Positions 1 to 12,664 of a DNA stretch of 64,000 nt are shown in pieces. The notes under the pieces were generated by a model. It saw nothing but the letters and a program-made list of their open reading frames with translations, was not told the origin of the DNA and did no database searches. Source of the stretch: Eledone cirrhosa. Taxonomy: Eukaryota. Made by a program: the position numbers and the translations under genes. How positions within the stretch are numbered: the first letter of the stretch is position 1; each line of letters starts with the position of its first letter. The stretch is from NCBI GenBank assembly GCA_964016885.1, contig OZ024743.1, forward strand, positions 369,954,001 through 370,018,000. Reading direction: 5' to 3'.

Positions 1-479
1 AAATGTGCTACTTATCGCGTTGACTGTCTTTACATGTATGTATATATGTATGTATGTAAGTATGTGTGTGTGTGTGCGTGTATGTATTTATGAATGTATG
101 AGTGTATGTTATAATTGTAGAATAGGCAGAGAAGGGAGATAGTACGTTTGTGTATCTGAGATGTAGTGCATTACTGTGTGGGTCTTTGCCAATCAACTAA
201 GCTGCCTCCTTTTGATTGTGATCTTGATTGTTTGTGTGTATCAACGACATTGCTATAGATATGTCAACAGTATTTAATTAGTACCATATAAAGGAAAGTC
301 TAGTGGAAACCAGAGAAACAAGATGTTGGGTCTTTTTCGACCAGAAGTTTGGTCCAAGTTCTTGCAGCAGAGTGAAAGTTATTAAAGTCCACAAAGACCC
401 AGATAAGAGTCAAACTGGGCAGTATGTTGGTCTTATCCCCGCTTCTTCCCACAAAATGTGGGAATGCTTGGTACTTTAT

Positions 480-675
480 AGTAATTTCTAATTTAGGAAT
501 ATGACCAACAATTTTTGAGATGGGGAAAGTCAATTAAATCGACCCCCAGTGTATTACTGGTACTTTATTTTATTGACCCCGTTAGGATGAAAGGCAAAGC
601 TAACGTAAAAGGACATAATTATATACCACAAAGCATGTTGTCTGACACTACTGATACTGTCAATCCACTGCCCCA
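480..675 (-). mobile_element. degenerate SINE copy
   Basis: Reverse complement shares the head (gggg-tggattg-cagtatc) and tail (ataaaataa-gtaccagtaat-cactgg) with the copy at 22681-22838. Confidence 0.55.
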
Positions 676-894
676 GCTTTAGAAAGGTTGTATTGGACTT
701 AATTCTCTAAGCAGGTCATAGAAACTAGAGTTTCTAGACATGTTTCACCACCACAGCTGTAGAATCCACATCAATCCCATGGTGATTCATTGGTTATGAA
801 ATTGGTTATGAATTGTTAGGGATAAGGTCATATTTTGGGAAAGAAAAATAAGTTTTAAAATATTTTATTTTTATTATTATTATTATTAGTTACT

Positions 895-1811
895 AGGTTT
901 GAAGTAGTGGAACGAGAATCTATGGTAATGTGGACACGTGTAGAAGATCTCCGATTTCCTATTTAGTAGGCTAAGGTTAGAGTGAATAATATTTTTAGAC
1001 TCAAGGATGCAAAGGTTACAAAATTTGTTAGGTGGTCTATATGAAGGGGCCTTAGCTATCACTTCCCATTTTAAGGTGTATGGTATGTTACTTGATTTTA
1101 ATGAGTGTATGTGGATAGTGAGTTTACGTTGCTAAGTTTAGGGTTTATGAACGAATGAAGGTGTGAATTATATCAGGTCTTAAAGCTATTCGATGTTGAG
1201 CCGATATATACTTTCGAGATGTGATTAGCGGTTACTGTACCGGAGTAGACAATGTCTTTAATTAGGCAGTTCTTATTTAATGGGCATGTCTTGTTAGGCC
1301 TACAATTACAATTGTTTTGGTAACTAGTATACTGGTTAACGGTGTATGCATTTGAGTGGTTGTTTCTGTTTCTACTTCTAGTATTATTATTGGTATTATT
1401 AGTGTGACTTGATGTATGGTCTTGTACTGTGTAATTGTTCAGGTTATTTCTATGCTGGACATTATTACTTTGGTGTAATTTGAAGTACTTTTTAATCTTT
1501 CTCTTGTTGGTGCTGGCTATATGGTCTGTTATGTTAGGTGCAGTGGAGTAGGATATTTTAATTGTGTTTTTGTTAAATAGGTTAGTTGGGAAGATTTTGT
1601 CTAGAGTAGAGAGGAAAGCTTTAGGTATGTTTGTTGATACATTTAAGTTGAACGAAGGGTTAAAAAATGTGCTACTTCTTCTTCTATTCTTCTTATGGTT
1701 GTTATTCATACTACTGTTTAGTATGGTGTTAGGTTCCTTCTTATCCATATTTTTCTTTCTGTATCTCGGCTCTGTAAAACACATGAAAATTTGCACTGAG
1801 CCTTTTGTCAT
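895..1811 (-). pseudogene. Penelope-like element 3' fragment (GIY-YIG endonuclease region, Hydra-type)
   Basis: ORF 1173-1811 has FNKNTIKISYS, CNCRPNKTCPLNKNCL, IVY...VYIGST; continues after a stop to a CxxC C-terminus near 900; homologous to ORFs at 19806 and 41604. Confidence 0.85.
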
Positions 1812-1914
1812 ACCGGTAACCGGCTAGTTATTAGTAATATCCTACATACTTATAGTTATATCAAACGTATATAAATATAGATATTCTTATTACTATATAT
1901 ATACATATATATAA

Positions 1915-2415
1915 TTCGTTTTTGAATTTGTTTTGTAAGATTTCTTGTTTGAAAATGTTTGTTGAAACAGGTATTGTTATACTTTGGGAGGGTCATGTTG
2001 CCAATAAAACACACGCATATTGTGGTTTTACCTTACATTTATAAATTTCCAGTTGGTTGGTTGGTTCGATAACCGGATGGTTGTTTATATATTGTCAAAG
2101 CTATTTCGTCACACATTCTGTGACCTCCTCAGTTACTAAGTTTTTATTTTTTATATTGTTTTTGTGTGTTGTAAGGGAGGTAACAACACGCAAAAGCAAG
2201 ATGGTGGGGGACAGAACAAAGGAGAGGCACACAAAAAAAATGAAAACTTAGTGACTGAGGAAGTCATAGAATGTGTGACAAAAGAGCTTTGACAATATAT
2301 AAACAACCTTCCAGTTATCAAACCAACCAACTGAAAATTTATAATAAATTGAAGTGAAAACCAACAGGTGCATGTGTTTTATTGGCAACATGACTCTCCC
2401 AAAGTATAACAATAT
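1915..2415. repeat. inverted pair of diverged family-A PLE pLTR ends, each with a hammerhead-like motif (2094-2136 -, 2251-2293 + degenerate)
   Basis: Arms are imperfect reverse complements; homologous to 16988-17552 and 30540-30818. Confidence 0.8.
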
Positions 2416-2431
2416 ACATATATATGTATAC

Positions 2432-2570
2432 ACTTCAAATGGAAGTAATAGATAGGGTCACCTCGTACAAACCACCGAATAGATTATGTAACCTATGTCT
2501 TCTAGAGTCTCGCACTATAATCTATTCTAAGCTAAACCTTTTAAATAGAAAATCAGAAATTTTTTGGCAT
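2432..2570 (+). pseudogene. PLE endonuclease C-terminal fragment
   Basis: SYKPPNRLCNLCLLESRTII...LLNRKSEIF matches the C-terminus encoded at 895-1080 on the other strand. Confidence 0.7.
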
Positions 2571-4262
2571 GTCAACTATTCTGCTCTACATAACTCAACC
2601 TTGTTACATAAATATAGTAATTACACCCTCAATCACCATGTTATAAGTGGAGATCCCGAGAAAAAAATAATAGGATCTGGTGTTGTGTGAATATGAAAAA
2701 AGAAAAGAAAATTAATTAGCAGTATTTCAAAAAGAAATAATTCCTCTAACAACATTTCACTCACTCGATATATCCTTCGTCCGTCTCACAACGAACACTC
2801 AAAAAGACTTGGACTCCTGTATTCCTACATTCAACTAAGCCTTTTTCGTAACTTTTTCATCACTTTCAAAAAAAAATTGAACTCTCGCCGTATATATCTT
2901 TTTTATCATATTATCACGTTCACACACAAATTTTTCAAAATGGCTGCCAACGACCTGTTGCACTATAATTTTCGCGCCATTTTCTCGCGCAATAGAAATA
3001 TATATATTTTTTCAACTTGACTTTAACCTTGTTTCGGCACATGTGGGAGCACAGATCTCGACTCACTGAGATAACACACGCCATAGATAATGTTTCTTGC
3101 CAAGGATTCTCCAGCCTTAAGCTTTATTCTTTTATTTGCCGGTTTAAAAATTTACCACGTAAATTTGCCGTTGAAAACTACGCATTTATTCAGAATGCTT
3201 ATTTCTTTGGTCGCTGGCCTCTTCACCCTTCCAGGTCAACGCGTTCTCAACATCGACCATCAACTTTGGCTGTTATTTCTAGCACTTTTCGCAACTCATT
3301 TTGTCTAGGAAACTTTTTACTGTGAATGGAAACAACATCGAATAGGCTCACTCCGCGAGACAACAACAATACAGCTTCATCTTTGCTTTATCAACAACCA
3401 AACCAGCAGAACAAAACAGATTTTATTTTTGCAGCACTCTTCCTGTGAGAAATTCCCACCTTCGGAGGTTGGGAATTTCAGGTTGTACCGCAATCCAGAA
3501 ACCACCTACGTACATTCTCTGGAGGACACACTTTCTTTCCTGCTGTCACCTGTGAACTGTATTTTGAACATTTGAACCTTTTTTTTAATAACTATGTTCG
3601 AGCACGTTTCTTTGCTCCTTTGACCTCTTCTTTTAAATTGATTACATTGTATCTTTGTGTAATGGATAGATAGATGTCCAGTCGTTCTCTGGCCAAGAGC
3701 GGTTGGCTACCTTGATATCTATCATTGATTTTTGCATGCTGTTTTGCTTTTATTGCAAACATTATTTTTTTGTAATTTTTATGCCTGGACTTTGGTGTTA
3801 CATGCTCGCCATCTTACTTCATACATGGTTGATTCGATTTTTATGTTTTAAAAATCTGGGAGGAGATAATGTAGCAAGAGTTGCTTCCCTTGTTGTGACG
3901 ATCACATCACCAGTAGCGTTCTCTAGACAGGAAGTAGCTGGAGTTACTTCCCGTTGAGGTGGCAGAACCTTCTTTGTCACTTCCGTCCAGGGACCCTATA
4001 AAGGAGAGAGCTCAAAGCTCCCTCCCTCTCTTTTAACCTGCCTGGCCCTTCGGCCAGGCGTGTTCCGTCGAGGGTATACTCTCTGGCAACCTGAACATGG
4101 TAATGTAAAGACCTCTTGGTATCTCGCTTCCTGACCAGTCAAAACGGTAAACAACTAACTTTAATTCATCCTTTCATCTCTCTTGGCATGTCAACTATTC
4201 TGCTCTACATAACTCAACCTTGTTACATAAATATAGTAATTACAACCCAGTGTCCTGTTATA
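2563..4262 (+). mobile_element. small non-autonomous LTR element (5' LTR truncated, ~1.2 kb internal region without RT)
   Basis: LTR end duplicated at 2563-2645 and 4184-4262 (both end TGTTATA); PBS-like GTGGAGATCCCGAG at 2647-2660; PPT GGGAGGAGATAA at 3858-3869 directly before TGTAGCA; TATAAA at ~3997. Confidence 0.6.
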
Positions 4263-4686
4263 CGTGTTTGCGTATCAGTATATTTGCTTGTTTTAGTAGT
4301 AGGAGTCAGCGATCAGCTAGGCAGGTGAGAATAAGTGACAGGCTGGTATTTCGTGACGAGAGCTTGTAAATGCCACTGTCTTGTCTGTATATCACTTCTT
4401 TTCTCTTGGGGCGTAAACAACCCCTGTATTTATAAGGGTTGAAGTTAGAAGGATAGATATATCCTCTGAACTTCGGTTAGAGTCTCCCAAAAGATTAGTT
4501 TGCCAAGCGTAAACAAGTCAGAAAGATGGATATATCCTCTGACCTATTTTCTGTCAGGCGTAAACACCTCTGACCTGTGTTTAGCCTCTCCCAAGGGGTT
4601 AGTCTCTTGAGCGTAAACAACTTACCACGGCTTGTCCCAGAGGCGGGAAAGCTCAGATTCGGTTTCGAATCTTCGCCGCCGTTATA
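4263..4686 (-). repeat. 3' LTR of the gypsy element (R/U5 part missing)
   Basis: About 11 mismatches against 9416-9839 by eye; preceded on the minus strand by PPT GGAAGGAGGG (4690-4699). Confidence 0.9.
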
Positions 4687-5109
4687 GTACCCTCCTTCCA
4701 GTGAGAAAGCTAAGATTGAACGATCTAGGTGCATGTGAAATAAAGATGGGTATGACTAGGTGTGTTGTTGAAGAAATCAGTAAAAAAAAAAAAAAAAAAA
4801 AAAATACATGAAAGTCATACAAACAGGCGAAATGAAAGAAAACATGCAAAGCAAAAGAAATTTACATGCAGGAAAATGCACTGTGATGTTACATAAAATT
4901 GAAAATGTTCGTACGAAAAGTTTGTTGATTAAAAGTTCGTTCATTTCATAGAAACGGAAAAATGTTCTTTTGTCTGTTCTTTTGATGTGTGTGATGCACA
5001 GAGTTAATTGATTTGTGTGTAGCAATAGTTCATGTCCACAGAAATTGGCCGATTCGTTGAAATGTACAAATTAGCCGAAATGTCGACCAGATGCATAATT
5101 TGTACTTAC

Positions 5110-6420
5110 CCGATAAACTTGTACGTATCGCGTGGGCCATCGGACTGTTCTTCTAGATTTGGTGTGTCAGGGTTGTGCAGAATTTGTCGTGTTTGTGTCG
5201 GGAAAAGTTGTTGGCGAGTCTGCTGGAGAAACGGTGGGTACTGGTGGCAATTCCTGTTCTATGAACGCTTTTTTTAAACGATCAATGGAGACGGTATTTT
5301 GTTTCCCGTTCAAGTCTAGGACGAAATATTTAGGGCGTTTCTGTATCACCTTATAGGGCCCGGAATATGGCGGACGAAGTTGCGATGGAATACCGTCATT
5401 TTTAACGAAAACATGCGTCCATGTATCGATGTCTTTTGGTATGTGTGAGTAACGTGCTGTTGTTTAGGGGCTGAAGGAGACAGATGCGACATCGATGACT
5501 GTAAACGGTGCACATATTTTGTAGGGTCTGGAAGTTCTTGTGACGAAACAGGAGCGATCATTTGTCCGGGTAGAGTGAGTACGGTGCCATACACCATTTC
5601 AGCCAGAGAATGTCCGACTCCCTCCTTAACAGTGGAACGAATACCAAGAAGAATGAGTGGGAGGTATTCGAACCAGTTAGTGGAGTCTTCGTAAGCCTTG
5701 ATAGATGCTTTTAGCTGGCGGTGGAAGCGTTCTACCATGCCGTTAGCGGCAGGGTGAGACGAGTCAGCTCGGTAAAGAGGTGCGAATCGAACTGACGTCC
5801 TCTATCCGTAGTGATGGTCGCGGGTGTGCCGAAACGTGAAACCCAGTGAAACACTAGCGTTTTGGCGACAGTTTCCGCAGTAATATCCGTCAGGGAAAAA
5901 GCTTCTGGCCAGCGAGAAAATCGGTCTACACAGGTGAGAAGATGAGTGTAGTTGTGAGAAGGAGGCAAAGGTTCAACGATGTCTATATGCACATGTTGGA
6001 ACCGTGCATCAGGTGTGGCGAAAGAACCGATCGGCGCTTTGATGTGCCGGTGAATTCTCGCTTTCTGGCACGCGATACAGTTCCTAGCCCATTCACGGGT
6101 GTCCTTGTTGATGTTGGGCCACACAAAGCGGGCAACCATCAGTTTCTGCGTGGCGCGGACACCAGGATGTGCCAGAGAATGCAGTGCCGAGAAAACGTCG
6201 CGTCGATGTTTCCGGGGCACGTATGGGTGCTCGTGGCCTGTAGAGATGTCGCACCAAATATAACCCGAAGAGGAGGGCAGCGGGCATTCCTGCAATTTCA
6301 AGGATGATTTCCGGAGTTGCAGCAGTTCCTCGTCATTCTGTTGATCCGCTGCAATCTTCTGGAGGTCGATAGTGGCAGTGGTGTGGATTGCGTTAAGCTC
6401 CATGCATGCGCGATAGGGCA
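5110..6420 (-). pseudogene. gypsy integrase (frameshifted)
   Basis: HSLAHPG...CIACQ zinc finger, [24 protein letters not shown] (DDE), GPY-like VSIDRLK tail. Confidence 0.92.
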
Positions 6421-6470
6421 TCAGCTGCTGAGTTGGTGGCACCCTTAATGTACCGAATATCAGTAGTGTA

Positions 6471-6950
6471 CTAAGAAATGAAGTCCAGATGTCGGACCTC
6501 CCTCGGTGAGTGTCGGTCAGGCTTAGCATTGAACGCGTACACTAGTGGTTTGTGGTCGGTGTATATGGAGAACACACGACCTTCTAGCATGTGTCGAAAA
6601 TGCTTGACAGCAAGGTATGCTGCCAATAATTCACCACCGAATGTGCTGTACTTAGTTTCAGCGGGTTTTAATCGCTTAGAGAAAAAAGATACAGGTCGCC
6701 AAATATCGCCAGAGAGTTGTTGAAGCACACCTCCAACTCCGAAATCGGATGCATCAGTCAATAAACACATTGGGGTGTCAGGTTTGGGGTAACTCAGCAT
6801 TGTAGCCTCGGACAACATTTTCTTCTACTCAGCGAAAGCGGTACATTCTTTTTCGCTGAGCTTGATGTTTGCGTTTTTGGTTGTACGCTGCCGCAGCAAA
6901 TCTGTGAGTGGTTGGGCTGTCTCTGCACAGTGGGGTATAAATCTTCTGTA
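6471..6950 (-). pseudogene. gypsy RNase H / connection domain
   Basis: LLTDASDFGVGGVL, YSTFGGELLA, IYTDHKPL motifs. Confidence 0.92.
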
Positions 6951-6955
6951 GAAGT

Positions 6956-7822
6956 TTACCAGCCCAAGAAATTCTCGCAGTTTGCGGAGAGATGTTGGCT
7001 GTGGAAATCAATGATGGATTTGACTTTCTCCTTAAGTGGGCGAATACCATCTTTGTCAATGATGTGGCCCAGAAAATGAAGGCACGCAACTCCGAACTCA
7101 CATTTGCTGGGGTTGATAACAATTCCATATTCACGCAAACGTGTGAATAGGAGATCCAGGTATTTCTCATGTTCTTCATCGGAGTTGCTGGCCACCAGTA
7201 AGTCGTCAATGTATGCGTATACAAAAGGTAAACCTCTGGTGACTGTATCGATGAATCGCTGGAATGTCTGCGCTGCATTTCGCAAACCGAAAGGCATACG
7301 CAGAAATTCGAACATTCCAAAGGGTGTTGTGACGGCGGTCTTAGGAGTATCTGCGGGCTGAACGGGTATCTGATTGTAAGCTCGCACAAGATCGATCTTC
7401 GAAAATATGCGAGCCTCGTGCAGCGAGCTAGAGAAGTCCTGTAGATGAGGCACTGGATAAGAGTCAAGAACGGTGCAGTTGTTCAGTGCACGGTAGTCGC
7501 CACAGATTCCCCAGTCGTTAGACGACTTCTTGGGTACACAGTGTACGGGTGAGGACCAGTTGCTGCTGGACGGACGTATGATGCCGAGATCCAGCATGTG
7601 CTGAAATTCTTGTTTGACGGACTTCAGCCTTCTAGGTCGTGCAGCGACAGGCGGGCCGTGTGTTTTCATGTGGTGTGTGACGTCATGTTTTACGGGGCAA
7701 GCGTTGATTAGTGGTCGAGCTACGTCTGGGTATTTGTTGATGATGTGGTTGTGCCGGGTTGTTGTTGTTGATCGTAAAATGATTGGACTGACTGTGGCTG
7801 TCCTAGCGGCTATGCCGCGCAC
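6956..7822 (-). pseudogene. gypsy reverse transcriptase
   Basis: [39 protein letters not shown]; frameshifted at both ends. Confidence 0.95.
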
Positions 7823-8135
7823 AGTGAGACCAGTGGAGTTGGTTTTTCAGGTCCACTAGCAGCGAGAAGTGCTGAAGAAAATCAGCTCCTAAAATAGGGG
7901 TCGGCAGCTTAGCCACAACGAATACCCACTGGAAAGTGCGGCGTAGTCCCAAATTTAGTGTCAGGGACTGTTCTCCGTAGGTTGGAATATGTGAGTGATT
8001 CACCGCATGGAGCCATGCTGGTGTCTCTTTTCTTTTTCCAGGAACGCAGTGAACCGGGATGATGCTGACTTCAGCGCCGGTATCGACTAGGTAACGCGTT
8101 CCTGTGACGCGATCCTGAATGAAAAATAGGCGACT
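7803..8135 (-). pseudogene. gypsy aspartic protease
   Basis: RYLVDTGAEVSIIP (DTG at 8076-8084) and PILGADFL. Confidence 0.9.
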
Positions 8136-9044
8136 TTAGTTATGAGGGCCAGAAACGTCCGTCGCATTCAGTTTCTGGCTGTGTCGTTTCCCTGATTCGA
8201 CAAATGAACAGGGATGGCTGCACTTTTGCGCTCGTCTCCCGAATTTTTGGTGGTACCAACACATTTCTGGTGAATCCCGAGATGCGCTCGGACTTCTTGA
8301 GCGACCACCAAATCGGTGAGTTCGACTGTTGGACCGACGCGTGGCAGGGTTATCCAATGACAAGGCCTGAATTTGTTGTGTCAAGGCCTGTATCTGTGTT
8401 GCTTGCTGTGCCAGTAACTGGTGTAGATCGGGCATCTCTGTGGCGCTGGAGGGCTGAAGGAAAGGATTGGTGGGAAGCACGGCTGGCGTCACATTTGCTA
8501 AAGTTAAGTGCGGATGTGGTACCTCCATGATCTTATCTGCCAGCTCGGCGAGTTCTTCTATGGTGGTGGACTCCCTGGTGGATGCTAGTACAACTTGTGT
8601 GGCAGGAGGCAAACGCTGGAGGAAGAGTTGCTTGAAAATTTCATCCGGGAGTTTATGTTTACCCAGGAGCCGCTTCATTCGCCGTAGGAGTTGCGTCAGC
8701 TTTTTATCTCCTAATTCCTCTGATATGAGGAGCTGGTGCAAGCGCTTCTGCTGCGACTCAGACGTCCGCTTAACTAATGTTGTTTTAAATGTGTCATATG
8801 ACACAGAGCCGAGTGGTGCTAAAATGAGGTCTCGAACCTCAATCATAATCTCCGGAGACATCGAACCGATGACAAGTGTGAGACGGGATGCCTCGCTAAC
8901 GATCCGGTTCGATGCGAACTGCGCTTCGATGTGCGCGAGCCACAGTGTTGCATCGTGCACCCAGAATGGTGGAATTCTTAATGTAAATGCCGCTCGGACT
9001 GCCATTTCTGCCGTAGATGAATCGTCGTGTGCTAGAGACATCAT
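8136..9044 (-). CDS. gag: gypsy gag
   Basis: 302-aa ORF with IPPFW..., LFLQRLP and the CWYHQKFG...CSHPC knuckle. Confidence 0.9.
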   Translation of the reverse strand: MMSLAHDDSSTAEMAVRAAFTLRIPPFWVHDATLWLAHIEAQFASNRIVSEASRLTLVIGSMSPEIMIEVRDLILAPLGSVSYDTFKTTLVKRTSESQQKRLHQLLISEELGDKKLTQLLRRMKRLLGKHKLPDEIFKQLFLQRLPPATQVVLASTRESTTIEELAELADKIMEVPHPHLTLANVTPAVLPTNPFLQPSSATEMPDLHQLLAQQATQIQALTQQIQALSLDNPATRRSNSRTHRFGGRSRSPSASRDSPEMCWYHQKFGRRAQKCSHPCSFVESGKRHSQKLNATDVSGPHN

Positions 9045-9081
9045 TTGTAGTGAATGATCAGAAGGTTGTGTGTCTGTTTTA

Positions 9082-9092
9082 CGGGGTCACCA
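9082..9092 (-). promoter_or_regulatory. primer-binding site, tRNA-Trp type
   Basis: TGGTGACCCCG two nt after the LTR end ...GTTACA (9095). Confidence 0.85.
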
Positions 9093-9094
9093 GT

Positions 9095-9839
9095 TGTAAC
9101 GGAATGATTGTGTGGTTGTAAAGAATAGTGGATGGTTGTAACTGTTGGTATGGTGGTTTCGATGTAAAGAAAAATACCAGGATTGTGTTGTTACAAAGTT
9201 TATTTTATTATAACAATATTCAATTTGAATATTGGATGATAAAATCAATAACACAAAATATTCGAACAATAATTTGGTGGCTCTTCGAGCCGCGTAAATA
9301 TAAATTATCACAGAATAAGATTATAATCTAATTTGTATAGCATCCGAAAGATACAACGTGAATAAACAGAAACGGTGGGTGTGAAGATGCAACCAGTGTG
9401 AACTTACTATGAATGCGTGTTTGCGTATCAGTATATTTGCTTGTTTTAGTAGTAGGAGTCAGCGATCAGCCAGGCAGGTGAGAATAAGTGACAGGCTGGT
9501 ATTTCGTGACGAGAGCTTGTAAATGCCACTGTCTTGTCTGTATATCACTTCTTTTCTCCCGGGGTGTAAACAACCCCTGTAATTATAAGGGTTTAAGTTA
9601 GAAGGATAGATATATCCTCTGAACTTCGGTTAGAGTCTCTCAAGGGATTAGTTTGCCAAGCGTAAACAAGTCAGAAAGATGGATATATCCTCTGACATAT
9701 TTTCTGTCAGGCGTAAACACCTCTGACCTGTGTTTAGCCTCTCCCAAGGGGTTAGTCTCTTGAGCGTAAACAACTTACCACGGCTTGTCCCAGAGGCGGG
9801 AAAGCTCAGATTCGGTTTCGAATCTTCGCCGCTGTTATA
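9095..9839 (-). repeat. 5' LTR of the gypsy element (~745 bp)
   Basis: Termini TATAAC...GTTACA; AATAAA on the minus strand near 9200; abuts the PBS. Confidence 0.85.
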
Positions 9840-10119
9840 GTACCATTGCTCATTTTTTCACCTTATTTCTCTGTACATGCATAATGCCTCTGCACTCTTT
9901 TTATATGTTTGCCTATGTACCGCTAAAGTCCTCATTTTGCGAGTAAGTTTCTTCTTTAATTCTTCTATAATTGTTGTATTATTCTTTTATAATCTTTGTC
10001 GCATCCACTGATACTAACCATATCACCTTTACTCTTTAAATATGACAACAGTAATATCTACGTGTCTTTACGATTGTTCAGTTGAATAGGAGGTTAATTA
10101 TATGTGTAAACTTTGCTAA

Positions 10120-10166
10120 TGCTCCGATGATTACAAACGAAAGTTTGGAAGAAACGATTGTCAGCA
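10120..10166 (+). ncRNA. type I hammerhead-like motif with CCGAUGA core (solo pLTR remnant)
   Basis: TGCT-CCGATGA-TTACAAAC/GTTTGGAA-GAAA-CGATTG-TC-AGCA followed by AATAAA. Confidence 0.65.
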
Positions 10167-10719
10167 ATAAAATGTTTTGAACATAGTTTTGATTACTCTG
10201 TAATTTATATATATGTACATATATATATGTATATATATATATATAAGAAAATGAAGATTTTTTCTTTTTAATAAAAAAACGAGATGTCCTACATGAGTGA
10301 AAATATAAGGAAAAGAAATTGAAAATGCAACTGGAGTCTTTTTAAGAATATTTATTTGTTGCCTTTACCTATTTCACAGTTCTTATGCTTTTCAAAAGTA
10401 GAATTGGGATGGAGGGTTTGTGGTTTATATATATGCAGTATATGTGTGTGTGTTCAGAAAAAAATTTATTTTGGCAAAAACAGGAGTAAGAAGGAAGAAC
10501 ATGTTTTTGCCTGCAGCATATCACATAAAGGAATTAATATTCATCTGAGGCAATCGTTTCCAAACCAGCAATAAATGCACATACTGCATTTTGGATTGCA
10601 TAAGGGTAGCCATAGAAATAATTATAATGAATAAATGCTTCATGTAATCACACCATCTTTCTTAATGTTATTCTATACACATGCACGCACACACACACAC
10701 ACACGCATATATATATTTC

Positions 10720-11020
10720 ATGGCACAACGAAATGCGACAGAGACCGAAAGAATACAATCACGAATACAAGCAGCCAAAATTAGGTTCCTTCGAAGGACC
10801 TCTGGAGTAAAGTTATTCAATAAGGCACATAGCTCGGACACGAGTGAATCACTCCAGGTAGAGCCGCTCCTTCAACATATCGAGAGATCACATTTATGGT
10901 GCTACGGACATGTGGTTAGAACGGGAAACGAAAGAATCGCTGGAGAAATATTACGGACAAAACCAACCTGAAAGAGACCCAGAGGGAGACAACGAGCATG
11001 GTGGTTGGATAACATCCATA
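10720..11020 (+). pseudogene. RTE-type LINE ORF2 3' fragment
   Basis: IQAAKIRFLRRTSG...LWCYGHVVR...RPRGR..WLDNI, typical RTE C-terminus. Confidence 0.75.
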
Positions 11021-11389
11021 ACTTTGATTATTTTGGTGACGATTGTTCCTGATAGGACTCTCTGGACTCTGTCACATACCACATTCTCAGGAATAATGGA
11101 TGCCACATGCTGCAACATTTTCTTTAGTGTTATTCACATTACTTCAGCAAAAAAATCTAGTTTCCACTACCTGTAACGCAATTAACTAAACACCAGGCAT
11201 TAATTGATCGTTTCGTTTTTTGTGTAAGTCACCATCGAGAATTCTGGTCTCCCCTTTACCTAACTGTTGTTTGTGTATATCACCATCAAGATCTCTGGTC
11301 TCTCTGCTCATCTGACTGCCGTTTTTCTTTCACTATATCAGGACAAATGCATCTCGCTTGAGGGAGTGTACTCGCGAAATGGAATGGTG

Positions 11390-11490
11390 GAAGAAGAAGA
11401 AGAAAAAGAAGAAGAAGAAGAAGAAGAAGAAGAAGAAGAAGAAGAAGAAGAAGAAGAAGAAGAAGAAGAAGAAGAAGAAGAAGAAGAAGA
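11390..11490 (+). repeat. (GAA)n microsatellite
   Basis: Direct reading. Confidence 0.98.
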
Positions 11491-12614
11491 GCCCACCGAC
11501 AAAGTCTTGGGAAACCGGCCGTTGAGCGCTTGGGTTATTATCAAGCAGCATCCATTTAGATTTCTCCAGGTCTGCTTAGAAAGCCGCTTCATACTACTTT
11601 TAATTTGAGAATTGAGTCAAAAAAAGAAACTTTGGGCATAGCATACCTTTTCTGTTGGCATCGGAGGACGAGGGAAAAGGGAGAGGTTATGTATGTTGAA
11701 TAACTTGCTGAAAGGTACTAACATCTCCAGAATATTTAAGCCCAAAAATCTAGAGACGGTAACTCTAGTTAGAATGGTGAAAGAGAATACAAACTGGTGA
11801 ACTGCGTGTACGCGAATATGGTTTCAACAGAATTTAATTAAAGAGATTACCAATATTTGTAGGAAAACATCTTAACCATCTTATAATTCTTCACTTGAAT
11901 AATCAGTTTCCCACTATTTTCAGGGTTTATGCACCAATTCTTGTGGAAGATTGTAAAACAGACACTTTCTATGGATTTTTGTGCTACGATCTATTTTTAC
12001 TTATGGTAAACCTATCAAAGTTATCAAATTTATATATATATACATTTATATAATTATTTACAGATCTATTTATACTTATGGTAAACCTATCAAAGTTATC
12101 AAATGTATATATATATTTATATAATTATTTACAACAGCGACATGTACAGGCATTTAATTTTCGTTGTGTTATTCATCCTAATTCATTCAGTCTGTTATGT
12201 AAATTAAAATGGCTTCCTCCATGGAGATGAGATTTTAGAAAATAGAGGAGAGTTCTAAGGGTAGGTAATCCTGGATTTATCTATAAATAAATCAATCCTT
12301 TGAATTATGTATATGAAAAGAGAGGTAATTATAAAAACAGAAGGAAGGCAACTTGTCTTGCACAAGGAGCCCAAGAGTTAAGTTGAAAAGTCGAAGAAAA
12401 TAAATTCAGTTCATCCGCTCTAGATTATTTTTCAGGACAAATTTTGTTTCGTGAGGACAGTGACTGAAGCACCGAGGCGGTTATTTAAGCAGCGTTTCCC
12501 TGAAGTCTGCTGCAAGAGTATATTCCACTTTTCCAACAGGTTTAAACGATATATAACAAGATATGCATAATCGATATGTATTTTATATGTATTGATTACT
12601 TAAATCTAAAATTA

Positions 12615-12664
<50 letters not shown>

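Larger units (their letters stand above)
4263..9839 (-). mobile_element. Ty3/gypsy LTR retrotransposon, CsRn1-like, decayed
   Basis: Domain order gag-PR-RT-RH-IN; CHCC-type gag knuckle; tRNA-Trp PBS; direct repeats 4263-4686 and 9416-9839. Confidence 0.95.

Noticed and set aside
303-491. Possible host exon or short ORF
   Set aside because: No recognisable domain, no polypyrimidine tract and no partner exons
8136-8138. Programmed gag-pol readthrough at TAA, or frameshift at GGGAAAC (8185-8191)
   Set aside because: Protease is in the gag frame and the element has many other lesions; a nonsense mutation is as likely and one copy cannot decide it
8467-9057. 196-aa plus-strand ORF
   Set aside because: Antisense shadow of gag
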